Of a stretch of 64,000 bases of DNA, positions 38,233 through 47,686 are shown one piece after another. How positions within the stretch are numbered: position 1 is the stretch's first letter; the number at the start of each line of letters is the position of its first letter. The position numbers were made by a program, and so were the translations under genes. Source of the stretch: an uncultured candidate division Zixibacteria bacterium (lineage in GTDB: Bacteria; Zixibacteria; MSB-5A5; RBG-16-43-9); the NCBI GenBank assembly GCA_963713865.1, contig OY970208.1:2304001-2368000 (forward strand), in the 5' to 3' direction. Under the pieces are notes generated by a model. That model had not been told where the DNA came from. It saw nothing but the letters and a program-made list of their open reading frames with translations, and ran no database searches.

Positions 38233-40926
38233 TTAACTCGCCTCTAACCAGTTCTTCCCGATTTTTATATCCACCTTAATCGGCACTTTTAATTTCACCG
38301 TATTTTCCATCTTATCTTTGATCATCTCTTTTATTTCTTCTAACTCAGACTTATACACCTCGAAGACCAGCTCGTCGTGCACCTGCAAAATCATCTTCGA
38401 TTTTCTTACTCGAAGCTCTTTAGCTATTTCAATCATCACCACTTTGATCAGATCCGCTGCAGAGCCCTGATGCGGAGTGTTAATGGCTACCCTCTCCGCA
38501 AATTCCCTTTTCTGCCGATTAGTGCTTTCTATTTCCGGGATATATCTTCTTCTCCCCAAAAGGGTAGTCACATATCCATCCTTTCTTGTTTTCTCAATCA
38601 GATTTTCTAAATGAGTTTGCACCTTAGGGTATCTTTTGAAATAGATATCTATGAACATCGAGGCTTCCTGTGGACTCATCTCCGTTTGCTGGGATAACCC
38701 GTAGGCGCTGACCCCATAGATTATGGCAAAATTGGCTGTCTTTGCCTGTCTTCTCTGTTCAGGCGTGACTTTATCAATTGGCACTCCAAAGACCTCGCTC
38801 GCAGTTCGGGTATGAATGTCCTCACCTCTGAAAAAAGATTCCATCAGGATTTCATCCTCTGAGAAATGAGCTAAGATCCTCAGCTCGATCTGAGAATAAT
38901 CTGCTGATAATAAAAGGAAATCTTCATCCCTCGGGATAAACCCCTTTCTGATCTGGCTTCCGATCTCGGTCTTTATAGGGATATTCTGCAGATTCGGGTC
39001 GGAGGAGGAAAGACGACCGGTTGCGGTTACAGTTTGGTTGAAAGAGGTATGCACTCTGCCAGTTTTTTTATTAATCAAAGCTGGCAGGGCATCTATATAA
39101 GTCGATTTCAATTTAAAGAGCTGACGGTATTCCAGAAGTTTCTGCGGAAGGGGATGGATTTTGGCTAATTGCTCTAATACCCCGAAGTCAGTGGAATTAA
39201 TTGTCTTCTTGGCAGTTTTCCTGAGAGGGGAAAGCCTTAAGTCCTCAAATAAAACCTTACTTAACTGCTGGGGTGAATTTATATTGAAATCTTTTCCAGC
39301 TAAATGATAAATCTGGTGGGTTAATTTAGACAACTCTATATCCATCTGGCTGGAAAACTCTTTTAAAAAATCTACGTCGATCGAAATCCCGGTTAATTCC
39401 ATCTCCGCTAAAACCTGAATCAAAGGGAGTTCCACCTTGTAGAAAAGCTCCTCCAGAGAGAAATCCTTTAACTTAGGTTCAAGGATTTCTTTTAGTCTCA
39501 AAGTGTAATCTGCATCTTCACAGGAATATTTAGTCGCAGATTTAATCGGGACTAGGGCAAAACTTTTCTGTTTTTTACCCGAGCCGATCAAGTCGGAGAT
39601 GGGAGTCATCTTGTAATCTAAATGTTCTAAGGCTAAATTGGAGAGACGGTGCTGTCTGGAAGAGGGGTTCAAAAGATATGAGCCAATCATCGTATCAAAA
39701 TGAATTCCCTTAAGCTCAATTCCGTAATTTTTCAGAACCTCGAAGTCAAATTTCAGATTCTGTCCGATTTTTTTTATCTTTTCATCCTCTAAAATCTTTT
39801 TGAAATTTTTCAGCACAAAATCTGTATCTAAGTTTTTATCCTTATCCTCCCCTTTATGTCCGACTGGAATATAAAAAGCCTCTCCTTTTTCCAAAGAGAG
39901 AGAGATTCCTACCAGCTCTGCCTCTATCGGATTTATGGAAGAGGTCTCTGTATCGATGGCAAACTCACCCTTCTGGTTAATCCTGACTAAGAGCTTTTCT
40001 AACTCCTCACTTTTTTCTATGGTTATATATTTTGTTTTCTCTAATGCTTCTCTGGAGGTTATCTCCTGCAGAAATTTTGTGAATTCCAATTCCTTGAAAA
40101 GCTCCTTAAGCTCAGGCAGGTTAAACTCCCTTTTAGAAAGCGAATCTAAGTCCAGATCAAGAGGGACACTGGTTTCGATGGTGACCAGTTTCTTGGAGAG
40201 ACGGGCTAAATCAGATTGCTCTTTTAAATTCTGTGATATGTTTTTTCTTTTTACCTTATCTGCATTCGCTAATACATTCTCCAGATCACCGAACTGCTGG
40301 ATTAACTCTAAAGCAGTTTTCTCTCCTACTCCCGGTATCCCCGGAACGTTATCCGAGGCATCCCCCATCAAACCTAAAAGATCAGTTACTTTTTCCGGGG
40401 GAACTCCAAATTTTTCCTTCACCTTTTCTTCATCATAGATCTCTATCTCCTCGCCGCTTTTCCTCGGATTTAAAACCTTGATATCCTCATCCACCAGCTG
40501 CAAAAAATCTTTATCCCCGGTAACTAAAATCACCTCTAACCCTTTATCTTTAGCTCTCCGGGCTAAAGTCCCCATCAGGTCATCCGCCTCAAATCCATCC
40601 ATCTCTAAGATAGGTATATTCATTGCTGTAATTAATTCCATTATGCGCGGAAGCTGGGCTACCATCTCCTCCGGCATCTTGGCTCTTGTCGATTTATATT
40701 CCTTATAGATCTCATGCCTGAAAGTCGGGGCTTTGGTATCAAAGACCACCCCGATGTAATCCGGCTCCTCTTCTTTCAAAATTTTCATCAAGGAATTGGC
40801 AAACCCGTAAGGGGCAGAGGTGTTTTCACCTTTAGAGTTTATCAAAGGGGTTCGGATAAACGCAAAATAGGAGCGATAGGCTAAAGCTGAGCCGTCGATT
40901 AAAAAAAGCCTTTTTTTCTTCTCCAT
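38233..40926 (-). CDS. polA: DNA polymerase I
   Basis: LIDGS 5'-3' exonuclease, AIDTET 3'-5' exonuclease, TGRLSSSDPNLQNIP, DYSQIELR, QVHDEL. Confidence 0.98.
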   Translation of the reverse strand: MEKKKRLFLIDGSALAYRSYFAFIRTPLINSKGENTSAPYGFANSLMKILKEEEPDYIGVVFDTKAPTFRHEIYKEYKSTRAKMPEEMVAQLPRIMELITAMNIPILEMDGFEADDLMGTLARRAKDKGLEVILVTGDKDFLQLVDEDIKVLNPRKSGEEIEIYDEEKVKEKFGVPPEKVTDLLGLMGDASDNVPGIPGVGEKTALELIQQFGDLENVLANADKVKRKNISQNLKEQSDLARLSKKLVTIETSVPLDLDLDSLSKREFNLPELKELFKELEFTKFLQEITSREALEKTKYITIEKSEELEKLLVRINQKGEFAIDTETSSINPIEAELVGISLSLEKGEAFYIPVGHKGEDKDKNLDTDFVLKNFKKILEDEKIKKIGQNLKFDFEVLKNYGIELKGIHFDTMIGSYLLNPSSRQHRLSNLALEHLDYKMTPISDLIGSGKKQKSFALVPIKSATKYSCEDADYTLRLKEILEPKLKDFSLEELFYKVELPLIQVLAEMELTGISIDVDFLKEFSSQMDIELSKLTHQIYHLAGKDFNINSPQQLSKVLFEDLRLSPLRKTAKKTINSTDFGVLEQLAKIHPLPQKLLEYRQLFKLKSTYIDALPALINKKTGRVHTSFNQTVTATGRLSSSDPNLQNIPIKTEIGSQIRKGFIPRDEDFLLLSADYSQIELRILAHFSEDEILMESFFRGEDIHTRTASEVFGVPIDKVTPEQRRQAKTANFAIIYGVSAYGLSQQTEMSPQEASMFIDIYFKRYPKVQTHLENLIEKTRKDGYVTTLLGRRRYIPEIESTNRQKREFAERVAINTPHQGSAADLIKVVMIEIAKELRVRKSKMILQVHDELVFEVYKSELEEIKEMIKDKMENTVKLKVPIKVDIKIGKNWLEAS

Positions 40927-40991
40927 AATCTATCCTTTGGGATATTATGATACAATTTAATTTATCTCAGGTCAATAAATTTATGGGGATA

Positions 40992-41103
40992 TTCCCTCTC
41001 CTTCGAAAGGAGAGGGAAAGGGTGAGGTTATACAAATGATAGGGGCAATTTATGAATTGCCCCTATCAAATTATCAGGACAGACACATGAGTCTATCCTT
41101 ACT
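40992..41103. repeat. CCCTCTCC..GGAGAGGG element plus REP-like hairpins
   Basis: TTCCCTCTCCTTCGAAAGGAGAGGGAAAGGGTGAGG; GATAGGGGCAATTTATGAATTGCCCCTATC (41038-41067). Confidence 0.7.
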
Positions 41104-41131
41104 TCAATTTTCTTAAAATTTCTGGAACAAA

Positions 41132-41149
41132 TATGTAAGTACTTACGTA
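41132..41149. promoter_or_regulatory. Palindromic operator, probably for the downstream MarR regulator
   Basis: TATGTAAGTACTTACGTA with a perfect 12-bp core, ~40 nt before the MarR-GNAT start. Confidence 0.55.
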
Positions 41150-41191
41150 AATATTTATAGTTATTGAGGAGAGTAAAAAAGGAACCTACCT

Positions 41192-42163
41192 ATGGACATC
41201 TTAAGACAGCTGGGACCCTTGGCTATCGCCAGCAGGTTAAGGCGTTTGACCGAGTGGCTCTACAAGGATGGGGCGCGCATTTACCAGGAACAATCTTTGG
41301 ATTTTGAGCCGCGCTGGTTTCCCCTTTTCTATCTTTTGAAGGAATCAGGCGAAATATCGGTTACCCGGGCAGCCCAGTCCTTAGGGCTAACCCATCCCGC
41401 CATCAATCAGATTGCCGGGGAGATGTCACGAAGAGGATTTCTGCAATCGACCAGCGATAAAAAAGACAAACGTAAAAGGCTTTTGCGGCTCACCCAAAAG
41501 GGCAGGAAAGCTTTATCCTCGCTCGAACCGGTCTGGAGAGATTTCGAATCTGCGGCAGACGATTTTCTGAGTGAAGCAGGTGGTGATTTCCTGGGAATAG
41601 TAGGCAGACTGGAGGACGCTTTAAAGGAAAAAGGGATGTATGAGAGAATAACTCAGCGCATTAAAAAGCGTCAGCTCAGGAAAGTTGAAATCATCAATTA
41701 CCAGCCGCGATTTAAAAAATATTTCAGGTCACTTAACTTCGAATGGCTCAAAGAATATTTCGAGGTAGAAAAAGAGGATGAAATACTCTTAAGTAATCCT
41801 TATGAAAAAATTATTAAACCTGGAGGATTTGTTTTATTTGCCCGGCTGGATGGTAAAATCGTTGGCACAACTGCTTTGATCAGATATGATAAATTCACCT
41901 ATGAGTTGACCAAGATGGCGGTTAAAAGAAGTGCTCAGGGTCAACAGGTGGGACGTAAACTTGCACTTTCGGTAATTGAAAAAGCGAAAAATTCAGGTGC
42001 CAGGCGAATAGTTTTGCTCACCAACCCAAGGTTAACAGCGGCATATAATCTCTACCGTTCTTTGGGTTTTATCGAATTATCCGGAGACCAGCCCTGGGCA
42101 ACTCCCTACCGTCGTGGAGGTATTCCTATGAGCCTGGATTTGAAAAACAAACCAAAAACTTAA
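41192..42163 (+). CDS. Bifunctional MarR-family HTH / GNAT acetyltransferase
   Basis: LASRLRRL-like start, THPAINQ, DKRKRLLRLT; ELTKMAV...QGQQVGRKL...AYNLYRSLGF. Confidence 0.88.
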   Translation: MDILRQLGPLAIASRLRRLTEWLYKDGARIYQEQSLDFEPRWFPLFYLLKESGEISVTRAAQSLGLTHPAINQIAGEMSRRGFLQSTSDKKDKRKRLLRLTQKGRKALSSLEPVWRDFESAADDFLSEAGGDFLGIVGRLEDALKEKGMYERITQRIKKRQLRKVEIINYQPRFKKYFRSLNFEWLKEYFEVEKEDEILLSNPYEKIIKPGGFVLFARLDGKIVGTTALIRYDKFTYELTKMAVKRSAQGQQVGRKLALSVIEKAKNSGARRIVLLTNPRLTAAYNLYRSLGFIELSGDQPWATPYRRGGIPMSLDLKNKPKT

Positions 42164-42176
42164 AAAAGGAGGTATT

Positions 42177-43574
42177 ATGTCTAACGCAAAGCTTAAAGCT
42201 GAGAGCAGACTGCAGCACCTGTTATTAAGAATGGGAGTAATCCTTTTTCTGCTAATAGTGTTGACACTGTTTGGATTGTTCATGAAATCTGCACAGGCAC
42301 AAGCACCCTCGCAAACTCCGCCTGACAGGATAATTGACGCTCAGTTTCAACAGGAGGTCATCGACAGCGTCTCAAAGTCATTGAATGAAGTCTATGTTTT
42401 TCCGGAGGTAGCAAAGGAGATGGAGAAATATCTCCGCCAGCAGTATGGTGATGGAAAATACAAAGACCTGACCAGCCTGGAGCAATTCTGTCAGAAGCTC
42501 ACCCAGGATCTTCAGGAGATAAGTAAGGATAGGCATCTTAGAGTCGTGTTCGCCTCTGAGGAGATGATTGCTCAGTTTGAGGGTGATACACTCACGGATG
42601 AAGGTAAAAAAAGAGAGCTTGAGCAAAGACGTCGGGATAACTTCTGCTTCAAACAGATAAAACTTCTGGAAGGAAATATCGGCTATCTTGATTTCCGCTG
42701 TTTTTCAGAAGCTGCAGATGCAGGACCTACTGCCGTTGCTGCTATGAATTTCTTGGCCTATTCGGATGCTATCATCTTCGATCTGCGTCAGAATGGAGGC
42801 GGCTCTCCCAGTATGATCCAGCTTATCTCCAGTTATCTTTTCAAGGAACCGACTCATCTCAACAGTTTCTATATCCGCAAGTCAGATTCTATCAATCAGT
42901 TCTGGACCCAGGCGTATGTTGAAGGTCCTCGGCTGACAGATGTGGATGTCTATGTCCTTACCAGCAGTTACACTTTTTCCGGGGCAGAGGAATTCACTTA
43001 CAACCTCAAGAACTTAAAAAGAGGCACAATTATCGGGGAAACCACCGGCGGTGGAGCGCACCCAATCGATTATAAGATCTTTCACCATCTTAATGTTGGC
43101 ATGAGCCTGCCCTTTGGCAGGGCAATCAATCCCATAACCGGAACCAACTGGGAGGGAACAGGAATAACTCCTGATATTGAAGTTCCACAGGAGAAGGCAC
43201 TGGATGTAGCCCATCTCAGAGCACTGGAGAAATTGCTGGAAAAAGCCAAAGACCCCAAACGCCAGGCTGAGCTTAAATGGGCAATAGAGGGCAAAAAGAT
43301 ATTGCTCAATCCAGTAACAATCGAGAAAGGCAAGTTAAAGGTGTATGTGGGCGAGTATGGTCCCAGAAAAATCTCGATTGAAAATGGAGACTTATATTAC
43401 CAGCGTGAGAATAGACCTAAATACAAGCTCATACCCATGGGAAATCACTGGTTTATGCTGGATGGTTTGGATTATTTCCGGATTCAATTCGTAGTGGATG
43501 AGAAGGGCAAAGCCACTGAGCTGATCGGTTATTATTCCAGCGGACCTGCGGACAGTAATAAACGCGGTAAATAA
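42177..43574 (+). CDS. Secreted S41 family peptidase (IRBP-like)
   Basis: DRHL, NIGYL, DLRQNGGG, TFSGAEEF, IGETTGGGAHP, WEGTGITPD. Confidence 0.92.
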   Translation: MSNAKLKAESRLQHLLLRMGVILFLLIVLTLFGLFMKSAQAQAPSQTPPDRIIDAQFQQEVIDSVSKSLNEVYVFPEVAKEMEKYLRQQYGDGKYKDLTSLEQFCQKLTQDLQEISKDRHLRVVFASEEMIAQFEGDTLTDEGKKRELEQRRRDNFCFKQIKLLEGNIGYLDFRCFSEAADAGPTAVAAMNFLAYSDAIIFDLRQNGGGSPSMIQLISSYLFKEPTHLNSFYIRKSDSINQFWTQAYVEGPRLTDVDVYVLTSSYTFSGAEEFTYNLKNLKRGTIIGETTGGGAHPIDYKIFHHLNVGMSLPFGRAINPITGTNWEGTGITPDIEVPQEKALDVAHLRALEKLLEKAKDPKRQAELKWAIEGKKILLNPVTIEKGKLKVYVGEYGPRKISIENGDLYYQRENRPKYKLIPMGNHWFMLDGLDYFRIQFVVDEKGKATELIGYYSSGPADSNKRGK

Positions 43575-43584
43575 CAAATTCTTC

Positions 43585-43717
43585 AGAGACGCATCGCATG
43601 CGTCTTTACGCGTCTTTGCATTTGCTCGATTTATCGAGCCCGGATGGACCCCATAAATTGGGCAGCTACAGATTGATGCAGATTTTTTCGTAGCGACGCA
43701 TAGTTATGCGTCTCCAC
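43585..43717. repeat. REP-like palindrome cluster
   Basis: AGAGACGCATCGCATGCGTCTTTAC, GCTCGATTTATCGAGC, ATAAATTGGGCAGCTAC, GTAGCGACGCATAGTTATGCGTCTCCAC. Confidence 0.7.
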
Positions 43718-43901
43718 ACCTCTTGAGTAATCTTGCTATAGTCAAACTCGATCCAAGCTCCAAACTAACAAACGAACAAACTGTTTTAAGAGAGGGTTAG
43801 GTTGAAAATCCCGCCAAAGGCGGGGTGAGTTTACGCCCCTACCATAAAAAAAAATCACCCCGCCACAGGCAAGGGGATTTAATCTATTGGTAAATCCGGG
43901 C

Positions 43902-43940
43902 AAAAAGAACCCCGCCCCGATTTTAATCAGGGCGGGGGAC
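43902..43940 (-). terminator. Intrinsic terminator after dockerin gene 1
   Basis: Minus strand GTCCCCGCCCTGATT-AAAATCGGGGCGGGG-TTCTTTTT. Confidence 0.75.
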
Positions 43941-43976
43941 AATCTCCTTCTCAATCACAAGATTCATCCTGAGGGT

Positions 43977-46955
43977 TTAACAAGGACAGTTCACGCATGG
44001 TATGGGACCACCCTTGAAAAGGTAGTTAATGAGGTAGATAACATCCGCAACATTCACCTTGCCATCGCAGTTAACATCGCTATTCTTTAGTGGGAGTGGG
44101 CCTCCTTTGTAGAGATAATTAATCAAGTAGATGACGTCGTCGACCAAAACTTTATCATCTCCATTAGCATCTCCACACCTATCCACTAAACGAGCCCAGT
44201 TCGGGTCCCCAAACAGACCAGGATTCCGGATCCCAAATGCCTTATATGCTGGATCCACTGATGGTGATTTGTCAAGCCATCTGTTATAATCAATCGGTGC
44301 AGGTCCGCCTGTATTGACAAAGGCAGTCAGATAGGTTACGTCAGCTTGGTTAACGAGACCATCGCCGTTAACGTCTCCCTGATCTGCAAATTCTACTGGT
44401 GACGGCCCGCCTGCGTTTACATAAGCGTTCAAGTACGCTATGTCTTTCGCATCGCACCTGGTATCCTTGTTGACATCACCACGGTAGAACCCTTCCTGAT
44501 GTAATACCTTATAGAGGAAGCATTTCCAGGCTAAATCGCCACCTGAAGCAGAACCCCACTTCAGCCACTTCTCTACCCGGATTCCACCAGCCGGTAAGTC
44601 AAAGCTGCCGTCAGCTATGATGACAGACTTATCCTCAGCTATAGTTGGATCATCCATACCCCAGCCCAGGTTATCCATCCAGTATTTCAGAGAATCAACA
44701 TACTGGCCATCATAGACCCTGGCTGCCTGGCTGAAACCGTAACCGGTTATGGCATCATCACCGACTGTCTGCGGCTTCTTGGTAAATCCGAAGACTTTAG
44801 TCGGAGCGGCAACGTCATACATCCAAACAGATCTATGCTGTTGGTCATAACCAGCTAAATCGCCAGTTCCACCTGTGGATACGTCAAAATCACACCACAT
44901 ACCAGTCTGTAAGCCAACAATAGGAACTGCGCTGGTGTTTTGCAGAACCAATACATCCTCTATAGCATACTCGCAGGCATCAGTTCCACCCTGCGGCACC
45001 CAGACTCCAAAGGCATACTCGGTAAGAGTCAGTCCATCGATGTACCGATGAGCAAATTGGCTGGTAAGCTGATAAACGAGGTAATCTCCAGCAGCTCCAG
45101 CTACAAAGAAGCTGTCCAGAACTGGAGGTCCTAACGGGTCAAAAGTCATCAGTGGTCTATAATCTCCATAGTCACAGCTCAAATCTGCCTGTGAGGTGCC
45201 AGCAATAAATGTCCCATAATAGAGACCATTCTGGAATCCGGCCCCAAAGTCAACGTAGAATGCTTCGATTCCACCATGGTTGTTGTTGATCTCCGCTGAA
45301 CTGCTTCCATCAACCTCTCCTGTCATCTCCCTCAGACCAGGACAAACCACTATCGCTTGCTCCACCTCTACCTGAACTGGTAGTGATGGATTATAAGTTC
45401 CATTATTGGGTAAAGGTCCGGCATTCTGGCCCTGGAAATCTGGCCAGGATAAGTTATAATCCGGAATCCAGACAACTCCACCCGGACTGGCTGAAGGCCA
45501 GGCTACAGAATACTTGTCATAACCTGTGGGAGTAGTAGCCGGGTCGCTGAAGGCAAAAGCGTAATTCATCCAATCAACTCCAGCTAAGGTGACAAAATGT
45601 CCACCAAACCTGGTCCAGGTAGCTCCGTCAAACTGCCAGAACCCTAAGAGCAGAACCACATCCTGACTGAGTCTCAACTGATACTGCAGATACCAGAAAT
45701 CAGGTGCATAAACTGTGGTCTCTGTGAACCACCAGCCGCCATGAGCTTTGATTACACTAATGAGAGCCGCCTCTAAGGCATCGCAGTTAGTCCCAAGAAT
45801 CGGGTCTGTGCCAGCCGAGTCTGCTACTTCATTGACCAGCGCAACCTCCATCCCTGGATCACAACCACCCCACCAAGGTGCAAATTGATTAGCAATACAG
45901 CCAAACCACCAGATTGAATTAGAACCTGCGACTGGGCCGCAATAGGCTGCACCATTATTGGGGAAGACTCCCTGATATTGATAGAAATCAGGCATACCAT
46001 CCTTGTAATACCAGTAATCCGGTGGAGGCACACAGGTGTTCTCAGGCCTGGTATAACCCTGAGTCCTTACCCTTATCGCTCCAGAACATATCGCGTTTGG
46101 AACTACATCAAACCAGCCGTAAGGTAGACCATATTCATAGTAAGGACCCCAATAGCTCTGTCCAACCCTGCCTGAGATATCGAATATCCAGGATTGATAA
46201 TCGGGTATAGCGTTTCCATCTGGACAATAGTCCGGATCCAAACGGTCATCTGTATTCACATAAACCATCACCGCAAACCAGGGCTCATAAAGACAGACCG
46301 GGCCTATGTTCAGGTAGGTCGTGACCGTACCACCGATAAGTGTCATCGTAGTATCCGTGCCAACAGCTATCGGAGCACCAGGATAAGGTAAACCGTCTAT
46401 GTAGACTACGCTCCAGATCTCCGGCCTGAAAACCACGGTGCAGGTATCAGTAGTGTTAAGTGCCATCGCCACCTTCCTTGCCTCAAAAGGATAGATCGGG
46501 TACGGGCATACAGCCATACCATAGCCGTTATTTTCAGGGTCTAAAAAGACAGCAGTACCTACCGCACCATAGCACCTTAAATAGGGATTATCAGGAGTGC
46601 TTCTATAGCAGCAAGGTAACACCTGATTGCCTATGGTGCAAAGGGTTGGGAAAAGCTCCTTTTCGGCTACATCTAAACCCTCAGCCGGCACATTTTCTAA
46701 CTTCCTCTGTTCCAGCATCTCCCGAGTTAGCCCCTTCTTTTCCAACATCAGCTTCTGGAAATCCTCCGTAGTCGGCTTAGTTGGTTTTACCTTGGGCAAT
46801 ACTACTGCTGGAAATGCCTCCGGTCCTGGCTCAGCTTTCTGGATCTGGGTCGGCTGTTGAACGTTCCCCTCGTTCTTCGCTTTTCCAAATGCGAAAACTG
46901 ACCACAGACTAAAGGCTAAAAGAATTACTAATACTACTAAAATACCTTTCTTCAT
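43977..46955 (-). CDS. Secreted protein with papain/C39-like Cys-protease-like domain and two dockerin domains (paralog 1)
   Basis: Signal peptide; DFYQ...YCGPVAGSNSIWW, GGHFVTLAG, FSDP; four GDxNxD EF-hand-like repeats ending GGPxP. Confidence 0.8.
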   Translation of the reverse strand: MKKGILVVLVILLAFSLWSVFAFGKAKNEGNVQQPTQIQKAEPGPEAFPAVVLPKVKPTKPTTEDFQKLMLEKKGLTREMLEQRKLENVPAEGLDVAEKELFPTLCTIGNQVLPCCYRSTPDNPYLRCYGAVGTAVFLDPENNGYGMAVCPYPIYPFEARKVAMALNTTDTCTVVFRPEIWSVVYIDGLPYPGAPIAVGTDTTMTLIGGTVTTYLNIGPVCLYEPWFAVMVYVNTDDRLDPDYCPDGNAIPDYQSWIFDISGRVGQSYWGPYYEYGLPYGWFDVVPNAICSGAIRVRTQGYTRPENTCVPPPDYWYYKDGMPDFYQYQGVFPNNGAAYCGPVAGSNSIWWFGCIANQFAPWWGGCDPGMEVALVNEVADSAGTDPILGTNCDALEAALISVIKAHGGWWFTETTVYAPDFWYLQYQLRLSQDVVLLLGFWQFDGATWTRFGGHFVTLAGVDWMNYAFAFSDPATTPTGYDKYSVAWPSASPGGVVWIPDYNLSWPDFQGQNAGPLPNNGTYNPSLPVQVEVEQAIVVCPGLREMTGEVDGSSSAEINNNHGGIEAFYVDFGAGFQNGLYYGTFIAGTSQADLSCDYGDYRPLMTFDPLGPPVLDSFFVAGAAGDYLVYQLTSQFAHRYIDGLTLTEYAFGVWVPQGGTDACEYAIEDVLVLQNTSAVPIVGLQTGMWCDFDVSTGGTGDLAGYDQQHRSVWMYDVAAPTKVFGFTKKPQTVGDDAITGYGFSQAARVYDGQYVDSLKYWMDNLGWGMDDPTIAEDKSVIIADGSFDLPAGGIRVEKWLKWGSASGGDLAWKCFLYKVLHQEGFYRGDVNKDTRCDAKDIAYLNAYVNAGGPSPVEFADQGDVNGDGLVNQADVTYLTAFVNTGGPAPIDYNRWLDKSPSVDPAYKAFGIRNPGLFGDPNWARLVDRCGDANGDDKVLVDDVIYLINYLYKGGPLPLKNSDVNCDGKVNVADVIYLINYLFKGGPIPCVNCPC

Positions 46956-47230
46956 TTGTTTTCCTCCTTAGAAAAATCAAAGGTGAAATTTTAATTTCAT
47001 TTCTGCTTTTTTCTTACCCCTGGCACTCACCTCCTTAATTAGTCCCCTTTTCTCTAAAAAGATTTGAGTTGTAAATCATGTTAACAGATACTCGTATTCT
47101 ATCTAATAAAAAATTAGATAGACTTCTACCCAAGAGGTTATTGATTAAGATTTAAAATCTTAGAAGGGTTAAAACCAACTCTCTGAAGTTGATATCTGCC
47201 AACCACGGAACAGACATCAACTCATAATAC

Positions 47231-47258
47231 TTATCGGCATTAGCCAGATGGCTTTTAG
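47231..47258 (-). promoter_or_regulatory. Sigma28/FliA-type promoter upstream of dockerin gene 1
   Basis: Exact CTAAA-N15-GCCGATAA; a sigma70-like TTGACA..TAT(A/T)(A/T)T lies just upstream (~47265-47294). Confidence 0.6.
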
Positions 47259-47686
47259 CCAATTATAATATATAAGTTAGATTGAATTTGTCAAGAGAAA
47301 AATTCAAAAAAAGTCATATTATTTTAATGAAAACCTATGGGCTTAAGTTAAGGTAAATTAATAGATTGGGAATATTGAGGTTTTAACCCTTACTTTTAAA
47401 GCTCTTCTCTTTAAATGTCTGATACCTGAACTATGGTAAGACCTATATTACTTAATGAGATACCTGTTACCGGATAATATATTATTATGTGAGGTTTCTG
47501 AAAAACACATTTTGCGGGACAGGTCCGCCGCAGACGCCTGCGTAAGCCTAAGGTGCTTATTTTCCGTCCTATAGATGGATCCGGAGCAAGCCCCCGCAGG
47601 GCAGGCTAAATCGGGCACACCTGTCCAAACGGATCCTTCTGGACCCGACCCCATTCACATTTACTTTTTCAGAGCTCTCTCTACAA

